A stretch of 64,000 nt of DNA from the human T2T-CHM13v2.0 reference genome, Homo sapiens (GCF_009914755.1 NC_060947.1); one strand, 5' to 3'; numbered from the stretch's first letter, positions 13,392-25,850 are shown. Program-made: numbers and translations. The notes: generated by a model from the sequence alone, not told the origin.

Positions 13392-15495
13392 GATGGACAC
13401 GGTGCTACTACGATTCAAGTTTCCTTCTCATTCCAGGACCTTAGACAAATAAAGGGGGACCTAGGCAAGTTATCTGATAACCCTTAGAGATATATATAGG
13501 CTTCTCAAAATTTAGCCCAAGTATTTAATCTTACATGGAGAAATTCTATACTACTTTTAAGCCATACTCTAATTGCTGCTGAGTAAAAGGCAGCCCTACC
13601 AACAGCAGAGAGATTTGGAGACAAACAGTGAATCTCCTATAGCGAGTAAAAACAGAAACTCAGTCAAAAGGGGAACGAGGGTAAAAAAGGGACAGGATCC
13701 CCATTCCCAAAAGGAAGAGAAGCAGTGCCACTTAAAAACCCAAATTGGAGCCCTGGTGATTCCATAAATGGGTGAAAAAACACATTCTGATATGCATATC
13801 GAAAGACTTGCAAAGAATCAAAACCAAGCCTGTTAATTACTCTAAACTGTCCTTGTTAAATCAGAAATCAGATGAAAATCTCTTGGCCTTTTTGGAAAGG
13901 CTGAGAGAAGCTTTAGTGAAACACACCTCCTTGTCTCCCAGTTCAATAAAGAGCAGGTTAATTACTCAGGCAGCCCCTGATATTGGAAGGAAGTTGCTTA
14001 AACAGGCCCCGTCCAAATATCTTTTTTTGTTTTTCTCACCCTCAAGTTGAAATTTTACAGTATGCAAATGATACTCTCCTCTGTGCCCCAACCGAGGAAG
14101 TCTCAGAAAGGCACGAAGGTGCTCCTCAGTTTCTTAGCTGAAAGGGAATATAGGGTCTCAAAGTCTAAAGCTCAGCTCTGTCAAACTTCAGTAAAGTACC
14201 TAGGTCTAGTCTTATCAGAAAGGACCAGAGTACCAGGTGAGAAAAGAATTGAGCCCATTTCCTCCTTTCCCTTTCTCAAAATTCTGAAACAGTTAAGGAG
14301 ATTCTTAGGCATTACTGGATTTTGCAGACTGTGGGCATCTGAGTACTGTGAAATAGCTCATCCGTTATACTACCACCTCAAAAAAAAAAAAAAAACTTCA
14401 AGCAGTTAAAACTCACCTACTAACTTGGAAACCTAAAACTCAAAAGACTTTAACTAGCTAAAGCAAGCCTTTCTTAAAGCAACAGTCTTCAGTCTTCTTG
14501 TAGGGAAGGCATTTAATCTCTATGTATGAAAAAGGAGGGGAATTACCCTGTGAGTTTTAACTAAGGCTCAAAGTCCAGCTCAACAACCAGTGGGATACCT
14601 AAACAAGAAACTTAAATTGATAGCTATATAGGATGGCCCACCTGCCTCCAAGCAGTTGCAGTGGTGGCTTCACTGGTGCCAAAGGCCACTGAGTTAACCA
14701 TGGGGAATAACTTAACTGCACCCCACACAGTATAGCAGGACTGCTTCCCTCTAAGGGAAGTCTGTAACAGATAATTGCCTCCTTTATATATCAAGCTTTG
14801 CTGCTAGAGGGATCTGCAGTCTAGTTGAAAACCTGCCCTTGTCTGAACCCAGCCACTTTCTCCCAGAGTAAACTGGAGAACCTCAACATGATTGTGAACA
14901 GGTAGTGGTGCAAACCAGTAAAAGAAATGATAAGGATTATTGTTTATATTCTCTGTTAAGTTTTAATTAATAAAAATGATTTTCTTAAAGAGCACTCAGC
15001 TTAATCAAAAGTGGATATCCAAGCTATACATATATTCAAAAGGCCTTTATGTTTTTCTCTTCATAAATCTTGTTTTTCTGGAAGAGGTTTTTTTTCTCAG
15101 TCAACTGAATTACTTTTCTCCACTCTGCCTCGCCACTCTTGGTGCATGCATTAAAGGCCCTAGGATAATTTATTGTGGTCTGGCACTCCTTGGGAAAACA
15201 GAAAAGTCTCCACAAATCCCATTTTGGGAACAATCTCTGTTTTCCTCATGGAACCCCTGGAACCAAAGGCAGACAAATCCCTCTCAAAATCTGATTTCTG
15301 CCTTCCAGCTATTCACATTTATAAGGCCCCCAAAACTACACACTTTCCTAACCCTGTTCTTAAAGGGCTCCATCCTGAGCAGCTGGATCTTCTTCTGTCT
15401 GTGTAGTCATGCATGTGTTATGTGTGTGATGTCTTAAAAAAAGAGCTCTAATTAATTGACTTAAAGAAGGATGAGCATTTGGGTAAAATATTTTT
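13392..15495 (+). mobile_element. Class I (ERV1, MER4/HUERS/HERV9-related) internal fragment with deleted gag-pol
   Basis: Gag capsid remnant KPVNYSKLSLLNQKSDENLLAFLERLREALVKHT. Pol remnants LQYAND and YRVSKSKAQLCQTSVKYLGLVLS...LRRFLGITGFCRLW. Followed by MER4-group-like non-coding sequence. No LTR at either end. Confidence 0.8.
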
Positions 15496-15497
15496 AA

Positions 15498-15686
15498 AAT
15501 GTTACTAACACCGTTTATTTAGCCCATCATATCTAGCATATTACTATATCAAGATGCAATCAATATAAAAATGATTAATGAGATATTCTACACTCTTTCT
15601 CTATACTTTGAGTTCTAGAGTGTATTTTATACTTATAACATCTCAGTTTGAACTAGCCACATTTCAAGAACTCATAACCACAGGTG
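15498..15686 (+). mobile_element. MER33 (hAT-Charlie DNA transposon) fragment
   Basis: 'caatcaatataaaaatgattaatgagatatt', 'gtgtattttatactta' and 'actagccacatttcaag' match the recalled MER33 consensus. Both termini are missing. Confidence 0.8.
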
Positions 15687-18600
15687 ATTTTTTAAAAATT
15701 ATTTTTATTATACTTTAGGTTGTAAGATACATGTGCAGAACATGCAGGTTTGTTACATAGGTATACACATGCCATGGTGGTTTGCTGCACCCATCAACTT
15801 GTCATCTACATTAGGTATTTCTCCTAATGTTATCCGTCCCTTAGCCTCCACCTCCTGACAGGCCCCAGTGTGTGATATTCCCCTCCCTGAGTCCATGTGT
15901 TCTCATTGTTCAACTCTCACTTATGAGTGAGAACATGCAGTGTTTGGTTTTCTGTTCTTGTGTTAGTTTGCTGAGAATGATGGTTTCCAGCTTCATCCAT
16001 GTCCATGCAAAGGAAATGAACTCATCGTTTTTTATGGCTGCATAGTATTCCATGGTGTATATGTGCCACATTTTCTTTATCCAGTCTATCATTGATGGGT
16101 ATTTGGGTTGGTTCCAAGTCTTTGCTATTGAGAATAGTGCCGCAATAAACATACGTGTGTATGTGTCTTTATAGTAGAATGATTTGAAATCTTTTGGGTA
16201 TATACCAGTAATGGGACTACTGGGTCAAATGTTATTTCTAGTTCTAGATCCTTGAGGAATTGCCACACTGTCTTCCACAATGATTGAACTAATTTACACT
16301 CCCACCAACACTATAAAAGCATTCCTATTTATCCACATCCTCGCTAGCATCTGTTGTTTCCTGACTTTTTAATGATTGCCATTCTAACTGCCATGAGATG
16401 GTATCTCACTTTGGTTTTAATTTGCATTTCTATAATGACCAGTGAGATTCTTTTCATATGTTTTGTTGGCTGCATAAATGTCTTCTTTTGAGAAGTGTCT
16501 GTTCATATCCTTTGACCACTATTTGACAGGGTTGTTTTTCTTCTTGTAAATTTGTTTAAGTTCTTTGTAGATTCTGGATATTAGCCCTTTGTCAGATGGA
16601 TAGATTGCAAAAATTTTCTCCCATTCTGTAGGTTGCCTTTTCACTCTGATGATAGTTTCTTTTGCTGTGCAGAAGCTCTTTAGTTCAATTAGATCCCATT
16701 TGTCAATTTTGGCTTTTGTTGCCATTGCTTTTGGTGTTTTAGTCATGAAGTCCTTGCCCATGCCTATGTCCTGAATGGTATTACCTATGTTTTCTTCTAG
16801 GGTTTTGATGGTTTTAGGTCTTATGTTTAAGTCTTTAATCCATCTTGAGTTAATTTTTGTATAAAGTGTAAGGAAGGGATCCAGTTTCAGCTCTCTGCAT
16901 ATGGCTAGCCAGTTTTCCCAGCACCATTTATTAAATAGAAAATCCTTTCCCCATTGCTCATTTTTGTCAGGTTTGTCAAAAATCAGATGGTTGTAGATGT
17001 GTGGTGTTATTTGTGAGGCCTCAGTTCTGTTCTATTGGTCTATATATCTGTTTTGGTACCAGTACCATGCTGTTTCAGTTACTGTAGCCTTGTAGTATAG
17101 TTTGAAGTCAGGTAGCATGATGCCTCCAGCTTTGTTCTTTTTGCTTAGGATTGTCTTGTCTATGTGGGCTCTTTTTTGGTTCCATATGAAATTTAAAGTA
17201 GTTTTTTCCAATTGTGTGAAGAAAGTCAATGGTGGCTTGATGGGGATAGCATTGAATCTACAAATTACCTTGGGCAGTATGGCCATTTTCACGATATTGA
17301 TTCTTCTTGAGTATGGAATGTTTTTCGATTTGTTTTTGTGTCCTCTCTTATTTCCTTGAGCAGTGGTTTGTAGTTATCCTTGAAGAGTTCCTTCACATTC
17401 CTTGTAAGCTGTATTCCTAGGTATTTTATTCTCTTTGTAGCAATTGTGAATGGGAGTTCACTCATGATTTGGCTCCCTGTCTTTCTGTTATTGGTATATA
17501 GGAATACTTGTGATTTTTGCATGTGGATTTTGTATCCTGAGATTTTGCTGAAGTTGCTTATCTGCTTAAGGAGATTTTGGGCTGAGATGATGTTGTTTTC
17601 TAAATATACAATCATGTCATCTGCAAACAGAGACAATTTGACTTCCTCTCTTCTTATTTGAATACCCTTTATTTCTTTCTCTTGCCTTATTGCCCTGGCC
17701 AGAACTTCCAACACTATGTTGAATAGGAGTGGTGAGAGAGGGCATCCTTGTCTTGTGTCAGTTTTCAAAGGGAATGCTTCCAGTTTTTGCCCATTCAGTA
17801 TGATATTGACTGTGGGTTTGTCATAAATAGCTCTTATTATTTTGAGACTGGTTTCATCAACACCTAGTTTATTCAGAGTAAGGGGTGTTGAATTTTGTCG
17901 AAGGCCTTTTCTGCATCTACTGAGATAATTACGTGGTTTTTGTCATTGGTTCTTTTTATGTGATGGATTCTGTTTATTGATTTGTGTATGTTGAACCAGC
18001 CTTGCATCCCAGGAATGAAGCTGACTTGATTGTGGTAGATACGTTTTTTGATTTGCTGCTGGATTTGGTTTGCCAGTATTTTATTGAGGATTTTCACATC
18101 AGGGATATTGGCCTGAAATTTTCTTTTTTTTGTTGTATCTCTGCCAGCTTTTGGTATCAGGATGATGCTGGCCTCATAAAATGAGTTACGGAGGATTCCC
18201 TCTTTTTCTGTTGTTTGGAATAGTTTCAGAAGGAATTGTACCAGCTCCCCTTTGTACCTCTGGTAGAATTCAGCTGTGAATCCATCTGGTCCTGGACTTT
18301 TTTTGGCTGGTAGGCTATTAATTACTGCCTCAATTTCAGAACTTGTTATTGGTCTATTTAGGGACTCGACTTTTTTCCTGGTTTAGACTTGGGAGGGTGT
18401 ATGTGTCCAGGAATTTATCCATTTCTTCTAGATTTTTGAGTGTCTTTGCATAGAGGTGTTTATACTATTCTCTGATGGCAGTTTGTATTTCTGTGGGATC
18501 AGCAGTGATATCCCCTTTATCATTTTTTATTGCATCTATTTGATTATTTTCTCTTTTCTTATTAGTCTGGCTAGCCATCTACCTTTTTTGTTTATCTTTT

Positions 18601-19477
18601 CAAAAAACCAGGTCCTGGATTCATTGATTTTTTGAAGGGTTTTTGTGTCTCTATCTCCTTCAGTTCTGCTTTGATCTTAGTTATTTCTTGTCTTCTGCTA
18701 GCTTTTGAATTTGTTTGCTCTTGCTTCTCTAGTTTTTTTAATTGTGATGTTAGGGTGCCGATTTTGGATCTTTCCTGCTTTCTCTTGTGGGCATTTAGTG
18801 CTATAAATTTCCCTCTAAACACTGCTTCAGCTGTGTCCCAGAGATTCTGGTACGTTGAGTCTTTGTTCTCATTGGTGTCAAAGAACATCTTTATGTCTGC
18901 CTTAATTTCGTTATTTACCCAGTAGTCATTCAGGAGCAGGTTGTTCAGTTTCCATGTAGTTGTGCAGTTTTGAGTCAGTTTCTTAATCCTAAATTCTAAT
19001 TTGATTGCAGTGCAGTCTGAGAGACTATTATGGTTTCCATTTTTTTGCATTTGCTGAGGAGTGTTTTACTTCCAATTATGTGGTCAATTTTAGAATAAAT
19101 GATGTGATGCTGAGAAGAATGTGTATTCTGTTGATTTGAGGTGGAGAATTCTGTAGATGTCTATTAGGTCCACTTGGCCCAGAGCTGAGTTCAACTCCTG
19201 AATATCCTTGTTAATTTTCTGTCTTGTTGATATGTCTAATATTGACAGTGGGGTGTTAAAGTCTCCCACTGCTATTGTGTGGGAGTCTAAGTCTCTTTGT
19301 AGGTCTCCAACACCTTGCTTTATGAATATGGGTGCTTCTGTATTGGGTGCATATATATTTAAGATAGTTAGCTCTTCTTGTTGCATTGATCCTTTTACCA
19401 TTATGTAATACCCTTGTCTCTTTTCATCTGTGTTGGTTTAAAGTCTGTTTTATCAGAGACTAGGATTGCAACCCCTG

Positions 19478-19511
<34 letters not shown>

Positions 19512-21292
19512 TTCAATTTGCTTGGCAAATCTTCTTCCATCCCTTTATTTTGAGCCTATGTGTGTCTTTGCATGTGAGATGGGTCTCCTGAATACAGCAC
19601 ACCGATGGGTCTTGACTCTTTATCCAATTTTCCAGTCTATGTCTTTTAATTGGGGCATTTAGCCCATTTACATTTAAGGTTAATATTGTTATGTGTAAAT
19701 TTGATCCTGTCATTATGATGCTAGCTGGTTATTTTGCCCGTTAGTTGATGCAGTTTCTTTATAGTGTCAATGGTCTTTACAATTTGGTATGCTTTTGCAG
19801 TGGCTGGTTCCAGTTGCTCCTTTCTATGTTTCATGCTTCCTTCAGGAGCTCTTGTAAGGTAGGCTTGGCAGTGACAAAATCTCTCAGCACTTGCTTTTCT
19901 GTAAAGGATTTCATTTCGCTTTCGCTTATGAAGCTTAGTTTGCTGGATATGAAATTCCGGGTTGAAAGTTCTTCTCTTTAAGAATGTTGAATATTCACTC
20001 CCACTCTCTTCTGGCTTGTAGGGTTTCTGCAGAGAGATTCACTGTTTGTCTGATGGGCTTTTCTTTGTGGGTAACCCGACCTTTCTCTCTAGCAGCCCTT
20101 AACATTTTTTCCTTCATTTCAACCTTGGTGAATCTGATGATTATGTGCCTTGAGGTTGTTCTTCTCGAGGAGTATCTTTGTGGTGTTCTCTGTATTTCCT
20201 GAATTTGAATGTTGGTCTGTCTTGCTAGGTCAGGGAAGTTCTCCTGGATAATATTCTGAAGAGGGTTCTCCAACTTGGTTCCATTCTCCCTGTCATTTTC
20301 AGGTACACCAATTAAATGTAGGTTTGGTCTTTTCACATATTCCCATATTTCTTGGAGTCTTTGTTCATTCCTTTTCATTCTTTTTTCTCTAATCTTGTCT
20401 TCATGCTTTATTTCATTAAGTTGTTCTTCAATCTCTGATATCCTTTCTTCGGCTGGATCAATTTGGCTATTGATACTTATGTGTGCTTCACGAAGTTCTT
20501 GTGCTGTGTTTTTCAGCTCCATTAGGTCATTTATATTATTCTCTAAACTGGTTAATCTATTTAGCAATTTGTCTAACCTTCTTTCAAGGTTCTTAGCTTC
20601 CCTGCATTGGGTTAGAACATCCTCCTTTAGTTCGAAGGAATTTGTTATTACCCACCTTCTGAAGCCTACTTTTGTGAATTCGTCAAACTCATTCTCCATC
20701 CGGTTTTGTTCCCTTGCTGGCAAGGAGTTGTGATCCTTTGGAGGAGAAGAGGTATTCTGGTTTTTGCAGTTTTCAGCCTTTTTGTGCTGGTTTCTCCCCA
20801 TCCTCATGGATTTTTCTGCCTTTGGTCTTTGATTTTGGTGACCTTCCGATGGAGTTTTGTGTGGATGTCCTTTCTGTTGATATTGACACTATTCCTTTCT
20901 GTTTGTTACTTTTCCTTCTAACAGTCTGGCCCCTCTGCTGCAGGTCTCCTGGAGTTTGCTGGAGGTCCACTCCAGACCCTCTTTGCCTGGGTATCAACAG
21001 CAGAGGCTTCAGAACAGCAAAGATTGCTGCCTGTTCTTTCCACAGGAAGCTTCATCCCAGAGGGGCACCTGCCAGATGCCAGCTGGAGCTCTCCTGTATG
21101 AGATGTCTGTCAACCCATGCTGGGAGGTGTCTCCCAGTCAGGAGGCATGGGGGTCAGGGACCCACTTGAGGCAGTCTATTCCTTAGTAGAGCTCAAGTGC
21201 TGTGCTGGGAGATCCACTGCTCTCTTCAGAGCTGGCAGGCAGGAATGTTTAAGTATGCTGAAGCTGCACTCACAGCTGTCCCTATCCCCAGG
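15687..21292 (-). mobile_element. Near-full-length L1PA7-like LINE-1 (5' UTR truncated)
   Basis: L1PA7-type 3' end ('ccatggtggtttgctgcacccatcaac...catctacattagg'). ORF2 fragments ([31 protein letters not shown] domain MTGSNLHITILTLNVNGLN), ORF1 and part of the 5' UTR. Confidence 0.93.
19995..20801 (-). pseudogene. L1 ORF1p reading frame, open for about 268 codons then prematurely stopped
   Basis: MGRNQHKKAENCKNQNTSSPPKDHNS... coiled coil, RRM (WEYVKRPNLHLIGVPE), ending AETLQARREWE*. Most of the C-terminal domain is lost. Confidence 0.88.
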
Positions 21293-21456
21293 GGCCTATT
21301 GAGGGGTAAGGGACTCCCTCAAAACATTAGGAGAAATGCCTAATGTAGATGATGGGTTGATGGGTGCAGCAAACCACCATGGCATGTGTATACCTGTGTA
21401 ACAAACCTGTACTTTCTGCACATGTATCCCAGAACTTAAAGTATAATACAAAAAAA
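21293..21456 (+). mobile_element. Short L1PA7-like 3' end with A-tail
   Basis: 'cattaggagaaatgcctaatgtagatgatgggttgatgggtgcagcaaaccaccatggc...agaacttaaagtataatacaaaaaaa'. Confidence 0.9.
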
Positions 21457-21843
21457 CAAAAGAAAGGAAATCAATATACCAAAGTGATATCTGCACTCCC
21501 ATGTTTATTGCAGCACTATTCACAATAGCCAATATATGGAATCAACCAATTTCCCATCAACAAATGAATGGACAAAAAAAAAAATGGTACATATATACAA
21601 TGGAGTACTATTCAGCCACAAAAAAGAACAAAATCTTGTTGTTTGCAACAACATCGATGGAAATGGAGGCCATTAAGTCAACTAAGCCGAGCACAGAAAG
21701 ATAAATATTGTATATCTCACTCATACATAGGAGCTAAAAACTTGGATCTCATGAATGTAGAGAATAGATCAGTGGTTGCCAGAAGTGTTGAAGGGGAAGG
21801 GGGGAGTTTGGGGATGAATGGGAACAAATAATAATAGTAATAA
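21457..21843 (+). mobile_element. L1MA-type 3' region, continuation of the 751-3460 element
   Basis: Resumes at 'caaaagaaaggaaatcaatatacc...gatatctgcactcccatgtttattgcagcac', where 751-3460 stopped. Ends in (TAA)n. Confidence 0.8.
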
Positions 21844-21854
21844 TAATAATAAGT

Positions 21855-22015
21855 TATCAATATTGGTACATTAGTTATGGAAAATGTACCATAATAATAT
21901 AACATATTCATAATGGAGAAAATAGGTGTGGAGTATATGGGAACATTCTGTACTACTGTCATAATTTTCCTGTAAATCTAAAACAATTAAAAAAACTAAA
22001 CTTAAAAAAAACAAA
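21855..22015 (+). mobile_element. Terminal part of the L1MC/MD 3' UTR begun at 1-750
   Basis: 'tatcaatattggtacattagt...aaatgtaccata...gtatatgggaac...ctgtaaatctaaaac' followed by an A-rich tail. Confidence 0.75.
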
Positions 22016-24824
22016 CAAACTGTGAGCTATAGCATAAGGTTAAACAAAACCACCTGCTGGACTCCAGAACGCTACCTCTAGTATAACATGACCACTGAGA
22101 AAAATAGGAACTGTCTTGGTCTTCTTCAGAGTCAGCATGAGCTTAAACACTACAGAGTGGGTACTGCTGAGTACCTGAGTCAGCGGAGACAACTAAAACC
22201 CTTTTGGAGGAGCCCCATCCACTGCTGCATTGAGACCAAGTAGGAATCCAGTGATCTGAAGGTGAGGAGGGAGGCGGGAAATGTATTTTAGGACTATAGT
22301 GCATAGCAGTTAAGCAGACTACTTCTAGAGCCGTTCATATGTGAAAAGAAGCTGCCTTTTGGGTCTTGTGAAGTATTTTGTGTAGGTACTCACCAATGGG
22401 GAATTATACCTTGCATCTGTAACTATGTACTTTGAGGTTTACAAACAGAAATAAAGGCTACGAACTTTTTAATTAAAATTCTATAGAATGCAAAATGATG
22501 GATCTAAAGAAGACCATTCCCACACTAGCATCACTGAGAAAAAATATAGCTCTGCCTAGATTGTTCACTTGGAGAGAAAAAAAAAAAGATAATCCAGGAT
22601 AAACTATATGTGAAACAGAGAGAATTCACACTTTTTATGAAATTATTTTTTCTGGGATACACCCAGGATAAATGCATAGTGGGTAAACAGCTTAGTGAAT
22701 GGAGAAAGAAAAAACCTGGCACAGGAAAAGTAATTGTCCTCATTTTGTGGGGATTAAGTCCTCCTTAGAGAAGTCAGTCACATAAAACCCAACCCAGGGG
22801 AAAGCCCAGCTTAAAACCTTTGGTCTGGTCTTGTATGCACTCTGGGATGATAGCCAGATTGTTTTACATCAATTGACAATGGACTCAAGTTGAATTGGGC
22901 CTGTGAATGGCTTGAGACTTAACAGGAAGTGTTTTATTTACGCATAACTAGGGTACATTTGTACAGTGCCCTATAATTATCTTTCTGGGAAAAAAAAGAT
23001 GATTTCACATACTTTATTTCACTTTGATCTTGATCCTTTGAACTCTAAGATGTAAGAAAAGCATCTTTTATAATATTAATTACAAAGAGATAAGGAAACT
23101 CAGAAGGCAAGAGATTTAATAATTAGTTTAAAGTAACACAAACAGAAGAACACTGTTTTTGACTGGGTTGACTTTCTGCCCAGTGTTCTTTTTACTCTGC
23201 CATACTGCCTCTCATACGTGTCCTAGGACCTGACCCTGACTGGCTTCGCACATGTCCCAAGCTGTCCTAAAGTTTCAGAGAAAATAGTTCGGGTGAGCAC
23301 ACAATTCAGTCAGTAGTGATCCTTTATATAATTGGAACTGAAATAGCAGGGAAATCATCTAGGCTATAGGCATAAAATGACACCTGATTGTTTCCTTCTC
23401 ACAGCACTACCTGTTATGTGAAAGAGCTCATGGCAACTTTTTCCTGTTGAGAACATTTTGAGGGCAATAGACTGGTGATTTGTCACAAGGACCTGAGTAA
23501 GATGCACTTTCAGCCAGAAATGTCAGTTATATAAAATCTTTTTTGTACAGTCATACCCCCTTACTGAATTACAGAATAAACTATATCATCTCTCAGACTC
23601 CTAATCAGGAGACTTGGCCTCAGGAAGACTTAGCCAAGCCAGGATATTTTATTCAGCATTTGAGTAATTGATCAATTAGATACCAGTGATCCGGCTCCTA
23701 GGATATTCATGGGTTTTTGCTTAATTTATCCTCACCCTGTAAACAGACATTTGCCATCAAGGAGGACAAGGGTTAGGGAGATAGCGAGAGGAGGCACAGA
23801 CCCTGTAAATGGAGGTAGTGCAAATCATTCCGATTACCAAATGATTCCAGACCTCTTTATTTCTCTGTCAAATAAGGGGAACAATCTAGACATCCAAGTC
23901 AGCCATACTTTGGGAAATGATGCCTAAGTACAGTAGGAAAGCAGAAGAATCAGCCTCAGCATTTGGAGTAAAACAAAGTTTAAAAAGAAGCCCAAGTCTG
24001 GAGAGATATCAGGTCTCATTTTATTGTTGTTCTTCAAGTATTTACTTCCAGATATTTGAAATGTTACATATGAACACCCCAGATGGCAAAACTATGTCTA
24101 ACTACCCAAATGATTTGACCTACTTAAAACACACTATAATAAAAGGAAACAGTTTGATACCAACATGTAAGGATTTTTCCCTCTTTAACCAATTGTTTGA
24201 GCATCATGTAAGGTAGGCAGCATAGTACTAGATTAAAAACTCATGTGGCTCTGACTGGAAGAATTGTGGGTGATTTTAAAATATATTTTAAGTTACTTGT
24301 GTTTTCAAATTTTGGTCAATGAAAATGTATTACTTCTGTAATTTTTAATGTAAAGTAATAAATATCTTATAAAATTTTATATCAGAAGATTTGGAAAATC
24401 TTAAAATGTCATCAAAAGATCTTTTGCTCATTATCCCTGTTTTAAAGCATACCTGGAGCCAAATTTACTAAACTAGTAGCCTTCTGGTTTACAAAGCACT
24501 TCATTACTTAAACCCCTTTATTTTACAGATGAGGCAACAAAAACCCAGGGTGGATAAATATCTTGCTCCCTGGCAGGGCACATAGCCAATTGGTGGCAGA
24601 GACTAAGAAGGATCACTAAAACTTGACATAATCATCATTTCATCTTTTTCCACTCTCCCTGCCTCTGCAACCCACTTCCCAGCACCTTGCTTCCTGTGAT
24701 GTTATTGTCCTCAGGGTCCATTTTTGAAGAATTCTACTATAGATGAGTTGTTCAAAATTACTATATCCCTGGTAATGCATTGTTTGGAAAAAGTTCTATG
24801 CATCAGCCACATCTATGTACATAT

Positions 24825-25228
24825 TATATTAGTCCATTCTCTCACTGCTATAAAGAAATAACTGAGAATTGGAAATTTATAAAGAAAAGTTTAATTGACT
24901 TACAGTTCTGCAGGCTGTACAGGAAGCGTAGCAGCTTCTAGGGAGGCCTCAGGAAAATTTAAATCACAGCAGAAGGTGAAGGGGAAGCAAGCACGTTTTC
25001 ATGTCTGGAGCAGGAGGAAAAGAGAGAGGGAGGAGGTGCTATACACTTTTAAATAACCAGATCTCATGAGAAATCTATTACAAGAACAGTACTAGAGACA
25101 TGGTGTTAAATTATTCATGAAGGATCAACCCCTATAATCCAATCACCTCCTACCACACCACATCTCCAACATTGGGGATTACAATTCAACATGATATTTG
25201 GGTGGGAACAGAGATCCAAACCACATCA
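24825..25228 (-). mobile_element. MSTA-like MaLR solo LTR
   Basis: 'tatattagtccattctc...ctgctataaagaaata' through 'gatccaaaccacatca', typical MST termini. Confidence 0.88.
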
Positions 25229-25374
25229 CTTACGCAGCTTATATTACACATTGTAAAGACAAAGGCCTTTGTCTTTCCCTGTCTCAGAAAAACACACACT
25301 GAGAAACTGCCCTCATCATTCTGTCACAGTGCCTGAAATACCCATCTCGTCATGCCTGTAGAGTCATAGATGAA

Positions 25375-25850
25375 ATGTTCAATCAATCATCTAAAAGAAG
25401 ATTATTGAGAACAAACCATGTGATAGGGACTACTTGTAGGATGTGGGAATTCAGAGACAAGCCTTGTCTCTTTCCCTTGAGGAGCTGAAATAATACCTGT
25501 AAAGGAAAGCAAGTAAACAGATTATTTAAAATTGTAATAAAGAAATAGGCCTTATAAGAAAGAAAAGTAAGGGCACCTAACCCCACGGAGGATACCCCAG
25601 GGCTTCTTGGAGGATGTAACATATAAACTATATCTCAAAAATGAAGAGGGAAGTAAAATGGGGAAAGTTGAGAGACACATCCTTAGAGTAGGAAACAAAG
25701 GCTCAGACACGTTAGAGCATGCTATTTATTGAGAAACTGGAAGTAATTCAGCACAGCTAAGGAAAGACATGACATAATGAAGTAATCAGAAATGAGAATG
25801 GAAACGTAAACAGGGGCAAGTAAGCAGGACCTTACACATGAGAACTTTAC
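25375..25850 (-). mobile_element. L2 3' fragment
   Basis: Degenerate antisense L2 3' end ('aatcaatcat...ttattgagaac...atgtg...cccttgaggagct'). Confidence 0.55.

Noticed and set aside
13392-15690. ERV1 plus MER33 as a 3' transduction carried by the antisense L1PA7
   Set aside because: No second poly-T tract or TSD is visible at the left boundary (about 13391 or 15495), so the mechanism is unsupported. It is kept only as one possibility in the block finding.
20714-21169. 151-aa antisense ORF over the L1PA7 5' UTR/ORF1 (possible ORF0-like)
   Set aside because: It starts at a non-ATG codon and overlaps ORF1, and it does not match ORF0's position, which lies further 5' in the region largely missing here.
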